NCBI GenBank assembly: GCA_034189385.1
Contig: JAXHVD010000009.1
Coordinates: forward strand, 30,821-94,820
From: Thermodesulfobacteriota bacterium
GTDB taxonomy: Bacteria; Desulfobacterota; Desulfobacteria; Desulfobacterales; C00003060
Length of the DNA stretch: 64,000 nt
Reading direction: 5' to 3'
A model generated the notes under the pieces. It searched no databases. It saw nothing but the letters and a program-made list of their open reading frames with translations, and was not told the origin of the DNA. The position numbers were made by a program, and so were the translations under genes. This document shows, one piece after another, positions 53,043 to 61,221 of this stretch. Position 1 is the first letter of the stretch. Each line of letters opens with the position of its first letter.

Positions 53043-53285
53043 TTACTTGCTACGGGTGCTACCTGCACCGGAACCACCACTTCAAGAGGAGGTTCCCGGT
53101 GCCTTTTGCGTCTCGCTGGTGCCACCTGCACCAGTCTGGCCACTTCAGCTGGTTTTCCCGCTTCAGCTCGTTTGCTCGGCTGGCGGATGCTTCGCGCAAC
53201 CAGGCAGGGCAAGGCCGGCTGTGGCTAGCAGGCCGGCAAGTCCCAGGCTGCCGAGGACCTTCCTAAGGTGTTTTACGTCCATCAT
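53043..53285 (-). CDS. sbtA: SbtA-like RiPP precursor with three in-frame UGA (selenocysteine) codons, 80 aa
   Basis: MMDVKHLRKVLGSLGLAGLLATAGLALPGCAKHPPAEQTS-U-SGKTS-U-SGQTGAGGTSETQKAPGTSS-U-SGGSGAGSTRSK, ending in TAA; GAAGGGGG RBS; UGA at 53163-53165, 53145-53147, 53082-53084. Confidence 0.85.
53055..53069 (-). promoter_or_regulatory. Bacterial SECIS-like hairpin after UGA 3
   Basis: GGTGC-AGGTA-GCACC, about 12 nt after UGA. Confidence 0.75.
53116..53134 (-). promoter_or_regulatory. Bacterial SECIS-like hairpin after UGA 2
   Basis: CTGGTGC-AGGTG-GCACCAG, about 11 nt after UGA. Confidence 0.75.
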
Positions 53286-53832
53286 CGCCCCCCCTTCAGT
53301 TCATGGTTAGATTCTGGCGTCCTTCCCAGGCAAGGGAAGGAAGACCCGAGCGCACCCCAGTCGCTTGAACGACACCTCCAATCTCCAACGAATCCGCCCA
53401 AAAGTAAATGGGGTCTTTACAGTATTTTTGACCGAATCTGGCCAGATACATGTAGGCGATTCCTTTTGGGCAGCGTTGATGATGAAGGGTACACTGTAAC
53501 GCCTGCCTCAAGAGTTCTCTTTTGAGGGGCGGTCTGTTTTTGACAAGCTAAGACGGTTTGTGATCAATGATTATCTTTAAGCCAAGAGAATAGCAAAAGA
53601 AGCCTTGCCCCTTTCTAAGGCGAGAATCTTTAAGGGGTCGCCAGCCCATGTTTCTCAGAATCACTCCTCCTCTCTTTTTTGGCCATGGCGGTCAGATGCC
53701 CATCTATGTAGACAAAATCCAGTCACGACTCGTCACATGAGACAAAAAGCCATGGCAAAGGAGGGCTACAGAGCCCCACGGGATGTGCAGGCACTTGGTG
53801 TACTATAGATTCAACGGACGAACAAAGGAGGC

Positions 53833-54327
53833 ATGGGAATGAAAAGAGTAGCAGTTTTGGTGATGCTTTGTTTTTTTACCCTTTCGGGCGTGAGCTTTGC
53901 AAAAGGGCCTGGAGCCTGGGGTGGATTTAAGATGCCTCATGGCAGATGGTGGCACGCGCCTGAAATCGTTGAGAGGCTGGATGTTACTGCTGATGAGCAG
54001 GCCACACTTGACGCCCTTGCCCTGGAAAGGGAGAGGGAATTGATTGATCTGAAAGGCGCTGTGCAAAGGCAGGAGCTTGAACTGGAGACCATTCTTGACC
54101 AAGCTGACTTTGATCGGGCTGCCTGCCTGGACCAGTTTGACAAGCTGCTGGATGCCCGAAGGGAGGTCGCCAGGAAACGATTCGGCTTCCATGTGAAAGT
54201 TCGTGAGCTCCTGGGCCTTGACCGGTACCGAGAACTCCTCGGAATGCTTCGGGATCGTCACAAGGATCGCCGCAGAGGAGAGGCCGGACTGAAAGGGTCT
54301 CTAAGAGAACGCATGGCCTGTCCATAG
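53833..54327 (+). CDS. Periplasmic Spy/CpxP/heavy-metal-sensor-like protein
   Basis: AAGGAGG RBS, signal peptide, GRWW..PEIVERLDVTADE, helical body. Confidence 0.8.
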   Translation: MGMKRVAVLVMLCFFTLSGVSFAKGPGAWGGFKMPHGRWWHAPEIVERLDVTADEQATLDALALERERELIDLKGAVQRQELELETILDQADFDRAACLDQFDKLLDARREVARKRFGFHVKVRELLGLDRYRELLGMLRDRHKDRRRGEAGLKGSLRERMACP

Positions 54328-54358
54328 GTGCCTCTGAGAAGCCCAGGCAGGTCGAGAT

Positions 54359-54398
54359 CACCCCATAGGTTCTTGCGGCCTATGGGGTCCTTTTTTTT
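54359..54398 (+). terminator. Rho-independent terminator
   Basis: ACCCCATAGG...CCTATGGGGT followed by T8. Confidence 0.85.
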
Positions 54399-54591
54399 CT
54401 CTTTTTCACTCGATGGGAATGGAAACATACCCTAAAAGGCCTGTGGATGTTGGGGGCATTCTGTGCGGAGATAGATTTCCCCTGCGGTTATCGTGCAACT
54501 GCTCGCACTGTTCAGGGCCACCTTCTTGAAGGCTTAAAAAGGCTTCCCCTTGAAGTTCCTGTGAAGGTGCTTATTTTTTCTATAACACAGT

Positions 54592-54882
54592 ATGCAGGCA
54601 TACCCCCATCAAAACAGGTTCTTCACCGTTCAGACGGACCCAACCAGGGAAGAGGCCCTAAGGTTGATATCGTCGAAGTATGTGGATGAATTGCCTCCTC
54701 ACCAAGCCATCGCTGAAATGGAAGGATACATAGAAGTGCTGAAAGACGCCTTGAAAAGATGTTCCCTAGAGCCCATGGACACGCCTACGGAAATGGGAAG
54801 GGCAGGAAGTCTAGCATTTGAGGTGGAACTGGTCGGAACTTTTCTCGCTTCTTTCAAACGAGCCTTTGGAACCATGCACTAG
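54592..54882 (+). CDS. Hypothetical protein (96 aa)
   Basis: Fills the gap with a protein-like helical composition; no family recognised. Confidence 0.45.
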   Translation: MQAYPHQNRFFTVQTDPTREEALRLISSKYVDELPPHQAIAEMEGYIEVLKDALKRCSLEPMDTPTEMGRAGSLAFEVELVGTFLASFKRAFGTMH

Positions 54883-54983
54883 GGTCTTTAGAGATGGGCC
54901 CCTCAAGGGCCGGCAACCTTCTCTTGCAGTTTCTTTCATGCGTGTGTTCTTTAAGAGCGTCCCTTTTCTTGCCCCTTCTTGCT

Positions 54984-56234
54984 CTAGGGATATACGCCTC
55001 TCAGTTCCGTGGCCCTGGCCACACGTCCCACGCCTAAAATGTAGGCTGCCATTCGCATGGAAACCTTCCTCTTTTTGGAAATCCCTAACACCTCTGAAAC
55101 GGCCGTTGTCACGATTCTATTTAGTCTTTCAGCCACTTCTTCTTCCGTCCAAAGGAGTTCCTGAAGATTCTGCACCCACTCAAAGTAAGAGACCGTTACC
55201 CCACCTGCATTGGCCAGGATGTCCGGCAAGACAAAGATCCCTCTATCAACCAGTATCTCGTCTGCCGCAGGTACAGTTGGACCGTTGGCACCTTCAGCCA
55301 GCATCCGGCACTTGAGCTTAGGCGCGTTTTTAGCCGTAATCTGATGGCCCAGGGCCGCCGGGATCAAGATGTCGCACTCGAGTTCCAACAGCTCCTGGTT
55401 GGTAATGACCTCTGCGGCCACTTTTTCCGTGATCAAGCACTTGTATCGATTCTTGCAGTCCAGGGTCCTTTCAATATCAAGGCCCTTGGAATTATAGAGG
55501 CCCCCCTTTGAATCGCTAATGGCGATGACCTTGGCACCAGATCTTTTGAAGTGTCGGGCGGCCGTGCCGCCAACGTTTCCACAGCCCTGAATGACCACTC
55601 TGGCCCCGTCTATGGACAACCCGAGGTCCTCACACGCCTTCTTGACTGCAATGAGGACGCCCTTTCCTGTGGCCTCAAAGCGTCCAACAGACCCTCCCAG
55701 TTCCAAGGGCTTGCCTGTCACAACACCTGGAACGGAGTATCCCTTGAGCATGCTGTATGTATCCATGATCCAGGCCATGACCTGAGGATTGGTATACACG
55801 TCGGGGGCCAGGATGTCGCTCTCTGGACCGATCATGGGTGCAATTTCCCAGGTAAAGCGACGTGTTACATTTTCAAGCTCCGTCTCAGACATGTCGGGGG
55901 GATTGCATTTCACGCCCCCCTTGGCACCTCCGTAAGGGATATTCACTACGGCTGCCTTCCATGTCATCCACATGGCCAAGGCCTTTACCTCATCCAGGTC
56001 CACGTCCGGATGGTAACGAAGGCCGCCCTTAGCGGGCCCGCGGGTATCATTGTGCCGAACCCGGTAGCCCTTGAAAATTCTGAGCTCTCCGTCATCCATC
56101 TTCACCGGGCAGTGAACGGTCAGTTCCCGCCTGGGATATTTCAGTTTTTCCAGGATTCCCTCATCCACATCCAGATAGGGAGCCACCGCATCGACCTGCT
56201 CTTTGGCCATCTTGTAGGCATTCGGTATTGTCAC
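54984..56234 (-). CDS. Glu/Leu/Phe/Val dehydrogenase (glutamate dehydrogenase)
   Basis: GPAKGGLRYHP, PYGGAKGG, APDVYT, VVTGKP, GxGxxG, EGANGP, NAGGVTVSYFEWVQN. Confidence 0.95.
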   Translation of the reverse strand: MTIPNAYKMAKEQVDAVAPYLDVDEGILEKLKYPRRELTVHCPVKMDDGELRIFKGYRVRHNDTRGPAKGGLRYHPDVDLDEVKALAMWMTWKAAVVNIPYGGAKGGVKCNPPDMSETELENVTRRFTWEIAPMIGPESDILAPDVYTNPQVMAWIMDTYSMLKGYSVPGVVTGKPLELGGSVGRFEATGKGVLIAVKKACEDLGLSIDGARVVIQGCGNVGGTAARHFKRSGAKVIAISDSKGGLYNSKGLDIERTLDCKNRYKCLITEKVAAEVITNQELLELECDILIPAALGHQITAKNAPKLKCRMLAEGANGPTVPAADEILVDRGIFVLPDILANAGGVTVSYFEWVQNLQELLWTEEEVAERLNRIVTTAVSEVLGISKKRKVSMRMAAYILGVGRVARATELRGVYP

Positions 56235-56555
56235 GGGTCACCTCCGAACCACTCCTCTGGTGGGCCACCCCGGGCTTGTCCCTCGTAATCTCTGGTAACC
56301 TCTGTGAGAGCTCTTCGTAGTGCTTCGATCGAAACCACATGTTTCTGCTATCCAAAACCCGGCAGTTTAAGGGTTTCTTAGCCCTTAGAATCCTTGACAA
56401 AAAAGACCATAGGTGATAGGCATTATTTGTCGCTGTCATCCATTCATCCTGACAGAGAGAGTGCCCTGCACCAGACACAGTGGCGCTGTGTCGTATTGGG
56501 GATGACGGTCTCATTCACAGGGGTTCTGTTTCCCTTGTACCATGATCTCCATATC

Positions 56556-57275
56556 ATGGCCAACCTGATGTGCCGAGTTTACGTACAATCTGCCAGTGGG
56601 ATCCCGGAAACCTGGGCACACGAGATATGGGCCCAGGTGGCAGCCAGGTCCAGTAAGGCTAGCAAGTGGAAGTGGACGACTCCCCTCCCTTCAGAAGTCG
56701 GCAAGGGGGAAGCCGTTGTAAAGGTTTATCAGCGCCGGGCGAAGCACGGCGTGTTGCGTCGACTCAGACATGGGCGGGCCGCACAAGAATGGAGAGGCTA
56801 TCAAATCTTTCAGACGATGGGGGTTCCCACCATACGCTGTCTTTTCTTCGCGGAGGAACGTTGCTTCGGCCTCTTGGAAAAAGGGATCTTGGTAACAGTG
56901 CGAGCTCCCAATCCGAACGTTGCAGAGTCTTTTCTGAGAGACCAAGACCCCGCGCTGCTCGAAGCCACTGCAGATGAGCTAGGTTTGATCCACCATCTGG
57001 GTCTTGCCCATGGCGACCCCCGAATGTCAAACTTTCTAGCCACCCCGCCGCATCCCCTTGCCTTAGACCTTTCGTCATGGAGCCGACTCAACCGGCGTTC
57101 GCAAACCACAGACCTTACCAGACTTCTTGGGTCCATCACCGCTTTAACTCAAAGTGACAAGGCGTTGCCTCACCTTATCGAATGCTACCAAGCTGAAGGA
57201 TTGATGCTGCCCATTCCTGCCAAGAAGCTCCTCGAGTATGCGGTCAACTATGCAAGCGTCAAGCAAAGGCCCTGA
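56556..57275 (+). CDS. LPS kinase-like protein (Kdo/WaaP/InaA family)
   Basis: VVKVY, RAAQEW, HGDPRMSNFL, ALDL, DLTRL; start uncertain. Confidence 0.7.
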   Translation: MANLMCRVYVQSASGIPETWAHEIWAQVAARSSKASKWKWTTPLPSEVGKGEAVVKVYQRRAKHGVLRRLRHGRAAQEWRGYQIFQTMGVPTIRCLFFAEERCFGLLEKGILVTVRAPNPNVAESFLRDQDPALLEATADELGLIHHLGLAHGDPRMSNFLATPPHPLALDLSSWSRLNRRSQTTDLTRLLGSITALTQSDKALPHLIECYQAEGLMLPIPAKKLLEYAVNYASVKQRP

Positions 57276-57298
57276 CGACAAATCCCCGACGTTCAATA

Positions 57299-57454
57299 TT
57301 GACGCGCTGCAGGGCAACGGGAGCATCGGCTGCGCTGCGCAGCCGACACGCGGGCCAGCCCTTGGAGTGGATTGGGCTATGAACCGAATAAACGAGCGCA
57401 TTCTCCACAGGAGAGCTACCGCAGCCCCCGTGGCTTGCCGCGGGGAGTGTTCAA
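57299..57454 (+). mobile_element. Possible non-autonomous IS200/IS605-type remnant (PATE-like)
   Basis: Begins TTGAC; internal 10-bp palindrome at 57326-57346; ends with hairpin CCCCGTGGCTTGCCGCGGGG followed by AGTGTTCAA. Confidence 0.4.
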
Positions 57455-57624
57455 TTGAGAGAACGGGTTGGCCTTTTGGATATGACCCCGTTGTGCTGGG
57501 CCAATAGCTGAATGCCCATTAAGACGGCAGGGTAATATGTATGGATGAACATGGTCACGATGAAGGTGTGCCGACTGCGGGCCTTCCTTGGACACAGTAG
57601 GGCCCTTGTTAAAGGATGTGGGGC

Positions 57625-58224
57625 TCACTCCAGGGCATTTTGATTGAGGGCGCCCCCACTTTTCTGAAGGATTTCCTTCAATAATGTATGTTGAATATGA
57701 ATCTCTTTCCTCTTTTTCGTAAGAAATTTGTAGTATGAGTCTCCTACAAAGCAGGGATAAGCATTTGAGCACGCAAGGGGCCTGCTGTGAAAGGGAAGTA
57801 CACACCCGTCTTCACCCAAAACAGGACATTCGTATCTGCCGTTATCAGAAGCGATCTGATCTTCCAAGGCTTTCTGTTCCTCTGAAGAGATGGAGCAAAC
57901 AGTCACGAACAGGTCCAGACAATTCAGGTTTTTCGGGAAATGCCATTTGCAGCATAACCCTTTGCAGACAGGCATAGACTCTATGCACTTTTGAACATAA
58001 CCGAGTTTCGTTGCTTTTTCATAAAGCTGATCGCGAATACTGTTTATTCTACAAACCGCCTTTAAAGCCCTGGCCCGGTCATTTTCATGAAGCTGATGAT
58101 AGAGGCTTGTTGCAGTGCTCAACACGTTGCGCAGGTACTTCTGGTCGTGCCTCTTTCCTTTAAGCCGGTTTTCAGATGGAGGTATCTCTAAAGTCATTTG
58201 CAGTGGCCACTTCCTTGCCAACAT
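57625..58224 (-). CDS. Cysteine-cluster protein (YkgJ-like)
   Basis: CxxxxxxCKGLCC and CPVLGEDGCVL...RPLAC motifs. Confidence 0.65.
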   Translation of the reverse strand: MLARKWPLQMTLEIPPSENRLKGKRHDQKYLRNVLSTATSLYHQLHENDRARALKAVCRINSIRDQLYEKATKLGYVQKCIESMPVCKGLCCKWHFPKNLNCLDLFVTVCSISSEEQKALEDQIASDNGRYECPVLGEDGCVLPFHSRPLACSNAYPCFVGDSYYKFLTKKRKEIHIQHTLLKEILQKSGGALNQNALE

Positions 58225-59071
58225 GTATCGGCTGTGAAAGGATTGCTTAGAAACTGCAAGACCAAACAGAGTGTCCCCTAAGAGCCATTTGTTTTTAGAG
58301 GTTAGGGATAGCTATCAGGGCAAATGGCATCAGGCTTCAGTTACACCAACCCTTTTTTCCATTGCAATCATCACAGTGTTCTGTTGCTTGGCCCAAGTGG
58401 GGTTGCTTGCACATGGAAAAGCACCTCGCCGGTAAGCTTATCATTTACAGCCGGTGATCATCCCAAAACGGCAAAACTCCGTCTCTCTATCGAGAAACGG
58501 AGCTTCGTCAAGTAGTCCATAGGCCCCTTCCGTCTGGGGTTAGCGGAAAAAAGGGAAGTGTTCATAAAAAAATAGCAGGAAAGATCCCTTCTGTCAATGT
58601 GGCACCCTGTACCCCCACCGCTCAAGCTGCACTGTACAACGATTCTTCCTGCTCCTCACCACCCTGCATTTTAGAAGCGGCCATCGTCGGCCATGGGGAT
58701 TTAGCTGTTACCACCCAAAGTAGACCAAAGCAGCCAACGCATCGTCCAATTAAGGCACACTCTTTCTGCATGTTGTCTTTCCATATTGACTTATCCTCAA
58801 TATCAGTCTGAACAGTGCAAGGGGAGAATGCTCGTGGGAATCTGCCGCAGATTCGTGACGTGAACAAGCTTTGTCAAGCTCCCGGAGCCATTTTGCTAGC
58901 CTTTCCGTACAAGTCCACGGCAAGATGACATCGTTGGGAAGATTCACAAGAAAGGTTGAGCCGAGATGGGCCCTGATACCGAAACGGTACAGCAGGCGTA
59001 ATCTGCATATATCGAAACAGGCTCAGCTCCCAACCGATTCAATGAGGCGGCTACAGACAATCGAGAAGAGC

Positions 59072-59902
59072 CTATAATTGGACCTCCATGCCCTCCCTTG
59101 CGAGAAAGGCTGTGGTCAGCCTTTTCTGGACCTCCTTTTCCACATCCAGGAGAAAGGCGTCTGGGTGATCTGGATCATGATGGAAAAGAGCTAGCCTTCT
59201 GGCACCTGCCTGTTCAGCCACCTCCACGGCTTGCTCCCAACTGCTGTGGCCCCATCCCTTTTTGTCCTTCAGCTCCTCTGGGGTGTATTGGGCGTCGTGG
59301 ATCAAGAGATCCGCATCTTTTGCAAGGGCCACCACCTTGGGATCTATCTCGTCGCCATGTTCCACGTCCGTGCAATAGACCAGGGTCTTGCCCCCTTCCG
59401 TAATACGATATCCGTAGGCCCCTCCTGGGTGATTGTGCTTGGAGGCCACAATGTCCACTCCCCGGGGATGGGTGTATTCGGTGAGATCCGGTTCCCAGAA
59501 GGTTAATTTGGCCCCGAGCTTGTCCAAGGGGACAGGAAAGAAATAATCCTGAAGCTGGGTCTCGAAGACACTTTCAAGTGTGGTGAAGCTCGTATCTCTT
59601 CCACAGATGGCCAGGGTGATGTGGCATCTCGGCTCCCTGGTAAACTTAAAGAAAGGAAACCCCTGTATGTGGTCCCAATGGGTATGGGACAGCCCGATGA
59701 TGATCTGATCAAACTGTTCGTGAGATGCGGCCAGAAGGTCGTTTCCCAGCTTTCGTATGCCGGTGCCGGCATCCAGTATGCCGATCCTCCCGGTGCTAAA
59801 GGTCATTAAGACGCAGGCCGTGTTGCCGCCGAATTCTGCAAAATCTGATTCTGGTACAGGGATAGATCCCCTTGTTCCGTAGAAAGTTACTTTCATCGCC
59901 AC
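59072..59902 (-). CDS. MBL-fold metallo-hydrolase
   Basis: GTRGSIP, GGNTAC, DAGTG, SHTHWDHIQG, HPGG, TDVEH, GWGHS, FHHDP. Confidence 0.93.
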   Translation of the reverse strand: MAMKVTFYGTRGSIPVPESDFAEFGGNTACVLMTFSTGRIGILDAGTGIRKLGNDLLAASHEQFDQIIIGLSHTHWDHIQGFPFFKFTREPRCHITLAICGRDTSFTTLESVFETQLQDYFFPVPLDKLGAKLTFWEPDLTEYTHPRGVDIVASKHNHPGGAYGYRITEGGKTLVYCTDVEHGDEIDPKVVALAKDADLLIHDAQYTPEELKDKKGWGHSSWEQAVEVAEQAGARRLALFHHDPDHPDAFLLDVEKEVQKRLTTAFLAREGMEVQL

Positions 59903-60301
59903 CTCATTCTAATTCAGTTGGATTCTACACTAGTTGTGTTTAGACTTAGAAAACCTGGTCCTCTGGGCTAGGTCAGAGGTAGTTGGCTATGCGTTGAAAA
60001 TGGCCGACAAGAGGACAGAATTCAGGAGACAGGATTCAGAATAAGGTGTTCGCCTTCGGCTCAGCCGAAAAACATAAAACATGTTGGGGCAAACTGATGT
60101 CCTTCCATTCTGACTCCTGGGTTCAACGCTTCAATGCCGGATATTAGTAAAAGCCCTTTCCAGCGTTGCAGCAAGGCCTGGTCTCCTCGCCAGGATTCCT
60201 TATTGTAGAGATTGAAGATCGTTGCTCGCCTGCCCGAGAAATGTTTCACTTTCACATTGTAGCCCGTGGCTCCTCAAGAGGCCAGGAAGACCGGTGTTCT
60301 G

Positions 60302-60688
60302 TTAGGTTTTGCCAAGTGCAGCGAGCAAGTTTCTGTCAAACGTTTTAAGCTCCTTGATGTTTTCTATGTGACAGATGGCCAGATGAAGAAGGTCTCTTGC
60401 CGTTAATCCGGGATGTTTGTCAACGAGATGACGGGCATGGATGACAGCTTCGGCCCCCACGGGAATGACGTGGTCAACGCCAAGGGTTGCAAGGTCCAAG
60501 GCAGCGTCAAGGGTTTGCATACGTTCTAGTGGAAGATAGATGTGAACAAGCTCCTGCAAAACCGCTGCAGAGGTGACGAGTCTCTTGCCCTCGTGGCTCG
60601 ATTGCAGGAAAAAGCCTTGGGCCTCTTCCCGGAGTGGATGGGCCCGGCCCACGGCATAGACAAATACATCGCTGTCCACCAAAATCAT
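60302..60688 (-). CDS. PIN-domain toxin (VapC-like)
   Basis: ILVDSDVFVY, VLQE, ARDLLHLA, TFDR. Confidence 0.9.
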   Translation of the reverse strand: MILVDSDVFVYAVGRAHPLREEAQGFFLQSSHEGKRLVTSAAVLQELVHIYLPLERMQTLDAALDLATLGVDHVIPVGAEAVIHARHLVDKHPGLTARDLLHLAICHIENIKELKTFDRNLLAALGKT

Positions 60689-60957
60689 GGTCTGCTGTGC
60701 CCTTGCATACTCTCAACAATAAGCTTTTTATGCTCCTCCCAGTCCGGTTCTTTTCCGCGTTCCCGCTTATTGCACTTCTTAAAAAAGTCCTTCAAGGATG
60801 TGGCCTCAGTCAACGATTGGTACGGCTTGTTCGTTTCCAGCATCTTCCTTCCCGCGTCTCGAAGCCAGGCACTCATGGACTTCGATTCCTTTTGCGCCTG
60901 AGATTTGAATCGGGCCGCTTCCTGTTCATTTAATACAACTTGGATCCTCACAGACAT
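60685..60957 (-). CDS. Cognate antitoxin (ribbon-helix-helix-like)
   Basis: RIQVVL...A......SMSAWLR pattern; ATGA overlap with the PIN gene. Confidence 0.8.
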   Translation of the reverse strand: MSVRIQVVLNEQEAARFKSQAQKESKSMSAWLRDAGRKMLETNKPYQSLTEATSLKDFFKKCNKRERGKEPDWEEHKKLIVESMQGHSRP

Positions 60958-61221
60958 CTTCCAATGCTCCAGGTCTATTATACATACTTTGAATACGTAT
61001 ACACATTATTAGTACGCATGTATTTGGCTGTCAAGTATCTGCTCTGAAATGAAGGCCGCGGACGGGGCCAGAGGTGGGGCAAGCAAGGCTGATGCTTTTC
61101 AGGAGGAATATCAAATGTCGAACAAGGAATAACGAATGTCGAAGGCGGGATAATGTTTCTTGGTGGAGGGAGGAGACTGCGAATCGAGAAGATTGCCCCG
61201 AGACTTGATAAGGCACGGGAG

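Noticed and set aside
53043..53285. Pseudogene with three nonsense mutations
   Set aside because: All three stops are UGA in the same S-x-S-G context, two have SECIS-like hairpins, and the maturase is intact.
52708..53310. 200-aa plus-strand ORF and 66-aa minus-strand ORF from the track
   Set aside because: Shadow frames over the Sec-containing precursor; no recognisable motifs.
55551..56288. 245-aa plus-strand ORF
   Set aside because: Antisense shadow of the glutamate dehydrogenase gene.
58240..59070. Gene or IS remnant in the long intergenic region
   Set aside because: The frames I examined gave no recognisable motif or terminal repeats.
60011..60120. Heptamer-periodic imperfect palindrome (CAGAATT CAGGAGA CAGGATT CAGAATA); similar tract near 61105-61145
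   Set aside because: Short and degenerate; no function can be supported.
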